From: Peptococcaceae bacterium | Lineage (GTDB): Bacteria > Bacillota > Peptococcia > DRI-13 > UBA5745 | Reading direction: 5' to 3' | Assembly (NCBI GenBank): GCA_031265035.1 | Contig: JAISDE010000108.1 | Location: 1 to 44,824 of the forward strand | Length of the DNA: 44,824 nucleotides | Shown: piece by piece, positions 34,291 through 42,963 of the stretch | Position numbering within the stretch: the first letter of the stretch is position 1 | Layout: the number at the start of each line of letters is the position of its first letter | Notes under the pieces: generated by a model | What the model saw: the letters and a program-made list of their open reading frames with translations, nothing else | Told to the model about the DNA's origin: nothing | Databases searched by the model: none | Position numbers and translations under genes: made by a program

Positions 34291-35433
34291 TTAGGGTTGG
34301 GTTGTGTGCGCGTACTTGATGAGACGTGTGGTTTGCTTGTTGTAGACATTCATACGGTTGGGATGAAGGGTGGCGTAAATTTTTTGGTTTACGTCGTAGT
34401 CTTTCAGCCCGATTTGAATCACTAGAAGCTCGGCGTCCTTGACGGTGATGGTTACAAGGGTCTCGCTGCCAGCGGGCTGGCTGGCGTACACGGTGGCATC
34501 GACGGTGTTCTTGCGCTCCGGGTTCTCCAGGGACAGTTCTATTGTCTCGGGGCGGATGCCCAGCACACACTCAAATTCGACTCCCAGAGGACATTCCTCA
34601 TCGGCCTTTATGTCCTTCCCAGGGAAATTATATTCCCCCAGCGGGCTTTTGACAAGCAGAGAATCGCCGTTATACAGCGCGGTCCCGTCCACGAAGTTGA
34701 TCCGCGGGTTGCCAATAAAGTCCGCCGCCTGCAAATCTATGGGATTGGTGTAGATATCCAGCGGCGTATCCAGCTGGGATATCTCCCCCTCCTTGAACAG
34801 CGCGATTTTGGTGGACATGGTCAGCGCCTCCACCTGATCGTGGGTGACATAGATGATGGTAGTGCCTGTTTCCTTGTGCAGCCGTTTGAGCTCGGCCCGC
34901 ATATCTATGCGCAGCCTGGCGTCCAGATTGGACAATGGCTCGTCCAGGAGCAGCAGTTTGGGGCTGGTGGCGATGGCCCGGGCGATGGCCACCCGCTGCT
35001 GCTGCCCGCCTGATAGCTCGTTGGGATAACGATCTTTATATTCCTCGATGCGCATTACCTTCAGGGCGCTCATCACCCGGTCGTTGACCTCATTCTTGGG
35101 CAGGCGCTTGATTTTCAGCCCGAAGGCCACGTTGCCGTAGGTCGTCATGTGGGGCCAGAGAGCATAACTCTGAAATACCAAGTTGAGTCCCCGCTTGCTG
35201 GGCACCTCGTAAAAGGCCGCGTCCGCGTCAATAATAGGCCGGTCGTCCATAAACATCTTGCCCTCCTGGGGCTTTTCCAGACCGGAGATGACCCGCAGCG
35301 TCGTGGTCTTGCCGCAGCCGGAGGGACCGAGCAGGGTCATAAAGTCGCCGTCCTCAATGATGAGATTTATGTCCCGCAGAACGTGGTTGCTGCCGTAAAA
35401 CTTGTCAATGTGCTCCAAGACGATTTTACTCAT
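34291..35433 (-). CDS. ABC transporter ATP-binding protein (PotA/MalK/FbpC-like, with a C-terminal regulatory domain)
   Basis: 380 aa. Motifs GPSGCGKTT, LSGGQQQRV, LLLDEPLSNLD. Confidence 0.9.
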   Translation of the reverse strand: MSKIVLEHIDKFYGSNHVLRDINLIIEDGDFMTLLGPSGCGKTTTLRVISGLEKPQEGKMFMDDRPIIDADAAFYEVPSKRGLNLVFQSYALWPHMTTYGNVAFGLKIKRLPKNEVNDRVMSALKVMRIEEYKDRYPNELSGGQQQRVAIARAIATSPKLLLLDEPLSNLDARLRIDMRAELKRLHKETGTTIIYVTHDQVEALTMSTKIALFKEGEISQLDTPLDIYTNPIDLQAADFIGNPRINFVDGTALYNGDSLLVKSPLGEYNFPGKDIKADEECPLGVEFECVLGIRPETIELSLENPERKNTVDATVYASQPAGSETLVTITVKDAELLVIQIGLKDYDVNQKIYATLHPNRMNVYNKQTTRLIKYAHTTQP

Positions 35434-35496
35434 AATATACCCCCCTTATAATAAAACCCCTGAACTGACATCGCGCCTCCCGCGGACGCCGGGGCG

Positions 35497-37326
35497 TCAA
35501 CCCCAGCTCTTGCCCACGTCGGCGCCGAGCAGGTTGGCGATAGTGTAGCAAAGCAGAATAAACAGCAGAATAATGATGGCCACCGCGTCCGCGCCCTGGG
35601 GCATATTTTTGGAGTACTCAAAGGCCAAAAAGGGCAATGTGCGGTTGGCCGGCGTCATCAGCACGGCGATCAGATCCAGCTCCTTGGCGATGGAGATAAA
35701 CACCAGCATCAGGCCGGAGATAAAGCCGTTTTTCGCCAGGGGGATGACAATTTTGGCGATTCTGGTCCAGAAGCTGGCCCCGGCGATTTCCGCCGCCTCC
35801 TCCAGCTCGGTGCTGATCTGCATCATGCTGGCCGTGCCGGAACGGCTGGCGAAAGGAAAGTGCTTGACGATGGACACCAGCACAATCAAGGTAAAAGTGC
35901 CGTAGAGGGACGGGATCAGGCCGCCCAGCCGGGGCTGGGAGAACATGGCGAAGTAGATCGCGCCGAAAGCGACCCCAGGCATGAGATAGGGGACGAAGAC
36001 CAGCTGCTCCGTCCATTTGCCATACCATTTGCCCCGTCCCCGGGTGGAGATATAGCCCAGGAACTGCCCGCAGAAAGCGGTAATGACGGAGGCGATCACC
36101 GACAGCTTGACGGTGTTCACCAGGGCGCCCTTAAAGTCGGCGTTATGGAGCAAGCCGTCGTAGGTATAGAACTCCAAAGGGCGGTTTTCCCAGTCCCCGA
36201 TCCAGGCATACAGCGTCAGGTTTTCCAAACCGTAGCCGCCGCCCGTTCTGAGTTGAAAGCTCTCCATCACCAGCGCGAACATGGGCATGACCATAGCGGC
36301 GAACAGAAATACCAACAGGAAAGCCACCAAGGGGTATCTGGCCGCCCCCAGGCGCATGGGGTTGTTTCTGGTGCCCTTGCCGCCGATGGTGGCATAACTC
36401 TTGCGCACGCCGATCAGCTTTTGGTTTGCGATGATGGTGCCCGACGCCATGATGATCAGCAGAATGCTTATCACATAGCCCACCCGCTGGGGGGTGCCGT
36501 TCAGGAAATATTTCAGTAGGGTGGAAAGCACCTGATAATTGGTGAACTGCCCCAGACTGGCCGCCACGCCATAGGAGCCGATAGACTTGGAGATCGTCAT
36601 GATGGCGGCGGAGAGCAGGGCCGGCAGTATCAGCGGAAAGGTAATGCTTTTTAAAATCTGTATTTTGTTGGCGCCCTGAATCTCGCCCATTTCCTCCAGC
36701 TCCGAGTTGACGGAGCGGAGGGAGCCTGAGACCATCAAATAGGCGAAAGCGTAATAATGCAGCGTCATTACCAGGATAATCGCTATCGGCCCGTAGGCCA
36801 GCCAGTCAGGGACAGGAACCCCCAGGCCGGAGAGCAGGCCCAGATTCCCGGCGGTTTTATTCCGGAATAGAGCCAGCCAGGCCAGGGATTTGCACCAGGA
36901 CGGGATCATATAGGGTATGATGATCAGCATTCCCAGGAGCTTCTTGCCCGGCAGATCCGAGCGCACCATGAGCCAGGCCATGACCGCCCCCAGGGGCATG
37001 GAGATGATGGTGACAAAAAAGCCGATCATCAGGGAGTTGGCCAGCGCCGGGAGAAAGACGCTGGTGCCCAGCACCGTGGCGAAAAGATACTTCCAATAAA
37101 ACAGCGTCAGGTCGCCGATCTCCAAGTCGGGCAATTGCCTGAGCTCCGCCTTGGCGATCATAAAGGTATTGCCAACCATCGTGAGCAGCGGGATCACGAT
37201 CAGGCAGAAAAGCATAACCAGGCTGATAAAAACAATCACATTGAACGGATTACTTACCACCCCCAAAAGTTGATTTTTCAGTCTTAGCCAGGTGAAGGAT
37301 TTCTGTTGCCGTAGATTTTTTACCAT
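35497..37326 (-). CDS. fused double ABC importer permease (two BPD-transporter modules, FbpB/ThiP-like architecture)
   Basis: 609 aa, about 12 TM segments, with two EAA-type loops (ELEEMGEIQGANK... and ELEEAAEIAGASF...). Confidence 0.9.
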   Translation of the reverse strand: MVKNLRQQKSFTWLRLKNQLLGVVSNPFNVIVFISLVMLFCLIVIPLLTMVGNTFMIAKAELRQLPDLEIGDLTLFYWKYLFATVLGTSVFLPALANSLMIGFFVTIISMPLGAVMAWLMVRSDLPGKKLLGMLIIIPYMIPSWCKSLAWLALFRNKTAGNLGLLSGLGVPVPDWLAYGPIAIILVMTLHYYAFAYLMVSGSLRSVNSELEEMGEIQGANKIQILKSITFPLILPALLSAAIMTISKSIGSYGVAASLGQFTNYQVLSTLLKYFLNGTPQRVGYVISILLIIMASGTIIANQKLIGVRKSYATIGGKGTRNNPMRLGAARYPLVAFLLVFLFAAMVMPMFALVMESFQLRTGGGYGLENLTLYAWIGDWENRPLEFYTYDGLLHNADFKGALVNTVKLSVIASVITAFCGQFLGYISTRGRGKWYGKWTEQLVFVPYLMPGVAFGAIYFAMFSQPRLGGLIPSLYGTFTLIVLVSIVKHFPFASRSGTASMMQISTELEEAAEIAGASFWTRIAKIVIPLAKNGFISGLMLVFISIAKELDLIAVLMTPANRTLPFLAFEYSKNMPQGADAVAIIILLFILLCYTIANLLGADVGKSWG

Positions 37327-37351
37327 GTCGTCACCCCAATCCGAATTATAG

Positions 37352-38125
37352 CTATTGAGAGGAAGATGTTAGTTCCCGCTTCAGGATGGTGTATACATCG
37401 TAAATATCCGTAATCTCGTGATCCGGGGCGCAGCCGCCGTATTCCCCCGTATCCTTCAGGGGCGTGAGGAAAGAGCCGATCTTGAATACCTTGCCAAAGC
37501 CCAGCTTACGCGGCCCCACCACATCCCGGGAGACGGTGTCGCCCACAAAAGCGCATTCCGACGCCGGCAAGCGGGCCTGACACAGAGCTATGCGAAAGAT
37601 ATTTGGGTGGGGCTTGCGGTAGCCGACGATGCTGGAGAGCGTGATGTCGTCGAAATACTGCCGCACGCCGTAGCCCTCCAAGGTGGAGAAAACCTGAAAA
37701 ACGCTGGCGGTATTGCTGACAGCCGCGATATAAAGCCCCAGCTCCTTGAGTCCTTTCAGCATCTCGGCAGCGTGTTCCCGCAGCGAGCGATCATAGTAGG
37801 TGATTTCCCACATATGAGCGATTTCCTCACTGGCGGCGATCAGCTTTTCCCGATCCACCGGAATACCCCGAAACCCGTAATCGGGCCAGATTTGCTCCGG
37901 CTTCAGCTCCATCAAGGTTTGCTCGGACTCGGCTTTGTAGGCCAGCACCTGGGGGAACACCTTCCGCCACAACTCCCAGGGGTCGCTGTACGGTACGGAG
38001 ATACCCCGCTGATTTAAAATCTGGGATAGCTTCGCCGCGCACTCCCGCTCGTTTTTTTCCGCCGAATACAGATCCTCCAGTGTGCCGCCCATATCGAACA
38101 TGACAGCCTTAATCAAAAATCCCAC
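37352..38125 (-). CDS. HAD-superfamily hydrolase (subfamily IA-like)
   Basis: 257 aa, GTG start. Motif I reads FDMGGTL (the second Asp is replaced by Gly). Motif II AAVSNT. Motif IV VGDTVSRDV. Confidence 0.75.
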   Translation of the reverse strand: MGFLIKAVMFDMGGTLEDLYSAEKNERECAAKLSQILNQRGISVPYSDPWELWRKVFPQVLAYKAESEQTLMELKPEQIWPDYGFRGIPVDREKLIAASEEIAHMWEITYYDRSLREHAAEMLKGLKELGLYIAAVSNTASVFQVFSTLEGYGVRQYFDDITLSSIVGYRKPHPNIFRIALCQARLPASECAFVGDTVSRDVVGPRKLGFGKVFKIGSFLTPLKDTGEYGGCAPDHEITDIYDVYTILKRELTSSSQ

Positions 38126-38134
38126 ATCCTTTAT

Positions 38135-38219
38135 ATGGCTTTCTATAGATGGCTTTCAGATGGCTTCCCAGATGGCTTTCTGTCTTTCTTTAATTATGGC
38201 TTTCTATATGGTTTTCAGG
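38135..38219 (-). repeat. about 6 degenerate 11-14-nt tandem units from the DUF47 stop to the HAD start
   Basis: On the minus strand: ATAGAAAGCCAT AATTAAAGAAAGAC AGAAAGCCATCT GGGAAGCCATCT GAAAGCCATCT ATAGAAAGCCAT. The stop TAG (38204-38206) lies in the first unit. Confidence 0.85.
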
Positions 38220-38818
38220 ACAATACGCTTGACATAATTCGCGGCGTGATCCACCCGGTCAGCCAGGTTGCTGATATGCCGGTAGACCTCCCGCATCATC
38301 AGTATGTAGCGAAAGTCTTCTTCCTTGAGCAGTTCCTTGATCTCGCTGCGATAAAGTCTCTCGACGACGTTTTCCAGCCTCTTGGCCTGGGTAGCGTTTT
38401 CCGCGGAGAGGGTCTTGTGCAGCTTGAGGTGCTTGATGGCGGTATTGAGCAGATCCGTGGCGTTTAGCAGCGAGCTTACCATTTCTCTCAAGCCGTCGTT
38501 GGGTTTCAACTCAAAAACATCCATTTCCTCCACCGTGGAGCGCGCGTAGTCCAGAATGTCGTCCATCGCGTTGGAGATATTGTAGATGTCCTCGCGGTCG
38601 ATCGGCGTGACTAAGGAGCGATCCAGGCAATCCAGCAAAACCCGGCGCATCTCGTCGGCCTGCCGCTCAATAGCGATAATTTTTTTGCCGATCTCGGGGT
38701 CGCCCGCCACCATGTATCCGTTTAGCAGGCCCATGCACTCCAGCGCCACCTGGGAATGGTCGTATAATAAGGCGTAAAAATCCTCACCTCGCGCGAAAAA
38801 CCGCTGAAAAACATTCAC
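38204..38818 (-). CDS. DUF47-family protein (PhoU-like phosphate transport regulator paired with PiT)
   Basis: 204 aa. GTG start 8 nt after GGAGG. Adjacent to and co-oriented with the PiT gene, as is usual for this family. Confidence 0.8.
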   Translation of the reverse strand: MNVFQRFFARGEDFYALLYDHSQVALECMGLLNGYMVAGDPEIGKKIIAIERQADEMRRVLLDCLDRSLVTPIDREDIYNISNAMDDILDYARSTVEEMDVFELKPNDGLREMVSSLLNATDLLNTAIKHLKLHKTLSAENATQAKRLENVVERLYRSEIKELLKEEDFRYILMMREVYRHISNLADRVDHAANYVKRIVLKTI

Positions 38819-38834
38819 CTTCTTTTCCTCCTCT

Positions 38835-39851
38835 CTAAAAGATACCGCAGAGCTTGATTACAGGCAACGCGATAAGAAATAGCGCGGCAGATACCGCGAA
38901 GGCGGCCGGGATGGTAAGAAGCCAGGAAAGCGCGATGCTCTTGGCGGAATTCCACTTCACCATACGAAAATTGTTGGCGGAACCCACTCCCATGATCGTG
39001 GAGCTGACGACCTGGCTTGTGCTGACGGCGCCACCCAGCATGGTCGCGCCGTAAACGACGGCGGCGGCGGATATCTGGGCGGTGAGAGAGTGCAGCGGTT
39101 GGAGCTTGAAGATGCCGCCGCCAACGGTGAGGATAATGCGCCAGCCGCAGAAGAAAAGGCCGAGGGCCAGGGCCGCCGACGAGGCGATCTCTACCCAGAA
39201 CGGAACCTCAAAGCTGGTTATTTTGCCGGAGAACAGGAGTACCAGCGTAATAACGCCCATCGTCTTCTGCGAGTCGGCGGAGCTGTGGGCGCAGGCCATC
39301 AATGTCATGCTGAGGTAGTGGGAGCGCTTGATTATCCGGTTGGCGCTCTTGTTCAGACGCCTGAAAAGCAGCATGAGCAGCTTTTGGATGAGGAAGCCCG
39401 CGGCGAAGCCGATGAAAGGCGTGGCGACAAGCACCAGGATTATCTTTTTGAATAGAATCTCCCACTCCACGGAAAAAAAACCGAAAGACACGACGCCGGC
39501 GCCGATCAACCCGCCGATCAAAGCGTGGGAGGAACTGGAGGGCAGACCAAGCTTCCAAGTAATCAAATTCCAGAGCATGGCGCCCAGCAAAGCGCACATG
39601 ATAACCAGTAAAGAGATTTCCGTGTCGGCGGCGGCCAGCGTCGCCTCGCTGAGGATCCCCTTGCCTATGGTGGAGGCCACCGCCGTGCCGCCGATCAGGG
39701 GGAAACCGAATTCCACCAGCGTACAGAGGATCAGCGCCGCCGCCGGGTGCACAGAACGGGAGGAAACCGCGGTGGCGAACACGTTGCCCCCATCATGGAA
39801 GCCGTTTATGAAGGCAAAGAGGATAGCGACCGCGATAACAGATAGCAGCAC
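38835..39851 (-). CDS. inorganic phosphate transporter, PiT (PHO4) family
   Basis: 338 aa, multi-TM. Signature FINGFHDGGNVFATAVSS near the N-terminus. GTG start. Confidence 0.9.
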   Translation of the reverse strand: MLLSVIAVAILFAFINGFHDGGNVFATAVSSRSVHPAAALILCTLVEFGFPLIGGTAVASTIGKGILSEATLAAADTEISLLVIMCALLGAMLWNLITWKLGLPSSSSHALIGGLIGAGVVSFGFFSVEWEILFKKIILVLVATPFIGFAAGFLIQKLLMLLFRRLNKSANRIIKRSHYLSMTLMACAHSSADSQKTMGVITLVLLFSGKITSFEVPFWVEIASSAALALGLFFCGWRIILTVGGGIFKLQPLHSLTAQISAAAVVYGATMLGGAVSTSQVVSSTIMGVGSANNFRMVKWNSAKSIALSWLLTIPAAFAVSAALFLIALPVIKLCGIF

Positions 39852-39871
39852 GACGCTTTACACTCCTTTTG

Positions 39872-39895
39872 ACTGATAGATTAACTGATAGATTA
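39872..39895 (-). repeat. 2 x 12-nt perfect tandem repeat beginning with the PfkB stop codon
   Basis: On the minus strand TAATCTATCAGT TAATCTATCAGT; stop TAA = 39893-39895. Confidence 0.95.
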
Positions 39896-40780
39896 ATTAT
39901 AAAATTCGTTGATGTAGTTCTCCGCGTCCCGCCTTGTGCCGGTGAAAGGCCCCGGCGTCTCCATTTTGAGGGAGACCAGCGCGGCCGCGAAAAGCAAGGC
40001 CGACGGGATATCCCGGGTCAGGCGCTCCGTGATATAGGCTGAGAAACAGGTGTCCCCCCTGCCGGTGCGGCCGGCGAGACTTCGGGGGCGCAGGGGCTGT
40101 GTATAGACCGTCTCGCCGTCATAGACCAAAACCTCGGAATTGTGGGTGATCATGATCTCTTTCGCCCCCCAGTCGTACAGCGTTTTCGCGGCCGCCGCCC
40201 GGTCGGTCAGCCCGGTGAGAACGCTGGCCTCCGCCGCGTCGGTCTTCAGAAAACGAATCAGGGGCAAAAATTCCCGTTTTTCCGCCCAGTCGCGGAAGAC
40301 GAGGCTACCGTCCGGCTCCCGGCAGCGCAGCAGGCACTGAACGTCTACGGCGGTATCGCCCCGGCTGGCGCAGGCCGCGATCATGTCGTCGCCGATATCG
40401 CCTTTGACCAGCCCCGCCAGGTGATAAAGCCTGGCGTCTATGGCGGGGATTTCCTCCGGCCGGTAAGGCTCAATCATGCCGGCGCAACGGCTGTCCCGCC
40501 TCTCCCGGTCGGCGGTAAAGAATACGCTGGTCATTTCCGTATCGCTGGGTGAGTAAACCGGGTACACGGTGATATTGGGCTGACCGCCAAAGACGGAGGT
40601 ATAATCACTCCCGGCGCCCTTGGGCAGCACGGCGACCCTGTGGCCGATGGCCGCCGCCGCGTGGCCCGAGTAGAGAACCGCGCCGCCCGGCATCTGAAAT
40701 ACCGCGCCGTCGTAATCCGTATTGTGATCCCGGCATACCTGCCCGATGATCAACGTGTCGTAACTCATATCAGAACTCAT
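39893..40780 (-). CDS. PfkB-family (ribokinase-like) carbohydrate/nucleoside kinase
   Basis: 295 aa. N-terminal GGAVLYSGHAAAAIG region and C-terminal GRTGRGDTCFSAYI (PfkB signature 2-like). Confidence 0.8.
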   Translation of the reverse strand: MSSDMSYDTLIIGQVCRDHNTDYDGAVFQMPGGAVLYSGHAAAAIGHRVAVLPKGAGSDYTSVFGGQPNITVYPVYSPSDTEMTSVFFTADRERRDSRCAGMIEPYRPEEIPAIDARLYHLAGLVKGDIGDDMIAACASRGDTAVDVQCLLRCREPDGSLVFRDWAEKREFLPLIRFLKTDAAEASVLTGLTDRAAAAKTLYDWGAKEIMITHNSEVLVYDGETVYTQPLRPRSLAGRTGRGDTCFSAYITERLTRDIPSALLFAAALVSLKMETPGPFTGTRRDAENYINEFYN

Positions 40781-40807
40781 ATTTTTTCCTTTTTTTTCCT
40801 TCGCCGC

Positions 40808-41524
40808 TCACACTTTTCCCGCGCATGGCCGGATGACCTCTTCCCAGACGGGGCACCAAAGGGAGAAGGAACGCTTCTCAATGGCGGCCTTCATCTCGTA
40901 GGAATCCTTGACAGGATTCGGCAGGATAATGCCGGCTTGCCCCTCGTCGCCCCACTGGTGGGTGTCCGACGCGCAGACGCGGATCAACTCCGGGTGGGAC
41001 AGCGCCAGCTCTACAGCCAGCTCATTGCGGTTTTTCTGCCGAGGGTTGCAGTTGGCGACCTCCAGGCCGTGTATGCAGTCGCTGAGGACGGGAAACTTAT
41101 CCCGGTAGGGGTGAGCCTGCAAAATCAGGACACTGTCCCCGTACTTGTGAAAAAATTCCCTGTGGGTCACATGGCAGACAAAGGGGCGCGACCGGAGCCA
41201 GTCCTCATCAATGCCAAACAGCAGAAAATCGTTGTCGTTTTCCGTAAAACGGATCTCCGCCCCGAAAATAACGTCCAGGCCCGCCGCGTCCCCGGCTTCT
41301 TTAGCCAGCTTGTAACCGTACATGAAACGGTCGATACATTTCTGCCAGTCGTCATGCCATTCCATAATATCGAAGTAAAAATCGTGCAAATGATCTGTGA
41401 TACAGATTCCCGCGTAACCCAGCTTTTTGTAAGCGTTTACGATCTCCGCCGCTTTCAGGTGCCCGCAGCGGCTGGTCTCAGCCGTATGGATATGAATGTC
41501 GTATTTGTACACCGAAAACCTCAT
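40808..41524 (-). CDS. PHP-domain metal-dependent phosphoesterase
   Basis: 238 aa. N-terminal YDIHIHTAETSRCG and ICITDH His clusters typical of PHP domains. Confidence 0.8.
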   Translation of the reverse strand: MRFSVYKYDIHIHTAETSRCGHLKAAEIVNAYKKLGYAGICITDHLHDFYFDIMEWHDDWQKCIDRFMYGYKLAKEAGDAAGLDVIFGAEIRFTENDNDFLLFGIDEDWLRSRPFVCHVTHREFFHKYGDSVLILQAHPYRDKFPVLSDCIHGLEVANCNPRQKNRNELAVELALSHPELIRVCASDTHQWGDEGQAGIILPNPVKDSYEMKAAIEKRSFSLWCPVWEEVIRPCAGKV

Positions 41525-41542
41525 CCCCCAATTCTTTATTTC

Positions 41543-42562
41543 TTAATTATTTTGACAACTCAACCTTTGGCAGGAACCCCGCTCCACCAGCGAGGGCGCC
41601 AGAATGATGTGGGAATAGGCCGTCATTGGATTGTTAATCCTGTCCAGCAGCATGTCAACCGCCGTGGTGGCCATCGCCTCTTTGGGCTGGCGAATGGTGG
41701 TGAGATTGATGACAGGCAGCCCGGCGTAGATAATGTCGTCAAAACCGAGAAGGGAAAGATCCTCCGGGATCCTCACGCCGGCCTCACCGGCGGCCTGGAG
41801 CATACCGATGGCGAGAGAGTCCGTGGCGGCCGCCACAGCCGTGTAAGCCAAGGGCCGGGCGAATAATTCCCTGGCCAGCGCGTAACCTTTTTGAATGGAG
41901 CTGAACGGATGGTCGCTATCCATAAACGATGGCTCCATGCCCAATTCCCGGCAGGCGTCCATATAGCCTTGTGCCCGGAGCTGATGGGTTGTGCTGTGCT
42001 TGCGCCGCCCAAAATAGAGAATTTTTCTGTGGTTGAGCCTGTGCAGATATTCCGTGCCCAAACGCGTACCCTCCCGGTTGTCAACCGCGATGTAACTCTC
42101 GGGCAGATCCCGCAGGTTCTCGCTCATAAACACGGTGGGCACGCCGTCGATAAAGGGCTTTAAATTGTCATAGGAAGTGGAGAAGGAGGGGAAGAAAATG
42201 ATGCCGTCGACCTGTCTTCCCACCAGCAAACGAAAAACCTCGTCTTCCTGCTTCTCGTTGTGGGAAGTGGTACACACCATAAGGTTGTAGCCTTTTTCCC
42301 GCGCGTACCGCTCAATATAATCGGAAAGCTCGCTCATAAAGGGATTGTCCATACTGGACACGATAAGCCCGATTATTTCCGTTTTGCCCATCACCATGGA
42401 TTTGGCGACATAATTGGCTGTGTAACCATACTCGCGGCAGGCGGCCAAGACCTTTTCCCGCGTCTCAAGACTGATCTCCGGACTTTTGGAGAGTGAGCGG
42501 GAAACTGTGGAGTATGAGACGCCAACGGCTTTAGCGATATCTTTAATAGTGACTTTCCTCAT
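41543..42562 (-). CDS. LacI/GalR-family transcriptional regulator
   Basis: 339 aa. N-terminal HTH VTIKDIAKAVGVSYSTVSRSL followed by a periplasmic-binding-like sugar-binding fold. Confidence 0.9.
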   Translation of the reverse strand: MRKVTIKDIAKAVGVSYSTVSRSLSKSPEISLETREKVLAACREYGYTANYVAKSMVMGKTEIIGLIVSSMDNPFMSELSDYIERYAREKGYNLMVCTTSHNEKQEDEVFRLLVGRQVDGIIFFPSFSTSYDNLKPFIDGVPTVFMSENLRDLPESYIAVDNREGTRLGTEYLHRLNHRKILYFGRRKHSTTHQLRAQGYMDACRELGMEPSFMDSDHPFSSIQKGYALARELFARPLAYTAVAAATDSLAIGMLQAAGEAGVRIPEDLSLLGFDDIIYAGLPVINLTTIRQPKEAMATTAVDMLLDRINNPMTAYSHIILAPSLVERGSCQRLSCQNN

Positions 42563-42629
42563 TAGAAAATACCGAACCTAACGCAGATCCCTCAAAGGCG
42601 TCCGGCGCCCCCAAAAGCGGGCCACCCTT

Positions 42630-42643
42630 CGCAAACGTTTCCG
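42630..42643. promoter_or_regulatory. LacI-type operator O1 (CGCAAACGTTTCCG) just downstream of the lacI-operon -10
   Basis: 14-mer identical to the one at 42852-42865. 12/14 palindromic around the AAACGTTT core. Confidence 0.65.
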
Positions 42644-42653
42644 CTTTTTATTG

Positions 42654-42682
42654 ATCATACCGCATGATCTCCGCTTTGTCAA
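42654..42682 (-). promoter_or_regulatory. near-consensus promoter for the LacI-headed minus-strand operon
   Basis: On the minus strand: TTGACA (42682-42677), 17-nt spacer, TATGAT (42659-42654). Confidence 0.65.
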
Positions 42683-42816
42683 CATAAAAAATTCCCGGCA
42701 TCCAGCCGCCTGAGTATAAGCGAATATAACCAAGTATAGGTAAGCATAAGTCGGTATAATCTCGGAATGACGCTGTTATCAGGCGAAGCGGGAGGGAAAA
42801 TGCCGGAAATTCCATC

Positions 42817-42845
42817 TTGACAAGGGAAAATCCGCGAATTATAAT
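42817..42845 (+). promoter_or_regulatory. consensus promoter for the divergent secreted GLUG/PAP-N gene
   Basis: TTGACA (42817-42822), 17-nt spacer, TATAAT (42840-42845). Confidence 0.7.
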
Positions 42846-42851
42846 GAATAG

Positions 42852-42865
42852 CGCAAACGTTTCCG
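42852..42865. promoter_or_regulatory. LacI-type operator O2 (CGCAAACGTTTCCG), 7 nt after the -10
   Basis: Identical 14-mer to 42630-42643. Confidence 0.65.
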
Positions 42866-42963
42866 AAAAACCCTGGCAGTCGGCAAACAGCGAAACAGTG
42901 AAACGCGCGGGGCGGGCTTGGCCGCGCGCCCCGGCGCTCCAAAAGCGGGAGGGATGGTTGATT

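Noticed and set aside
32889-38125. 2-aminoethylphosphonate uptake/degradation (PhnSTUV plus PhnX) for the ABC importer and HAD gene.
   Set aside because: No PhnW-type transaminase is linked. The permease is a single fused protein. The HAD motif pattern alone (D-x-G-G-T) is not diagnostic of phosphonatase.
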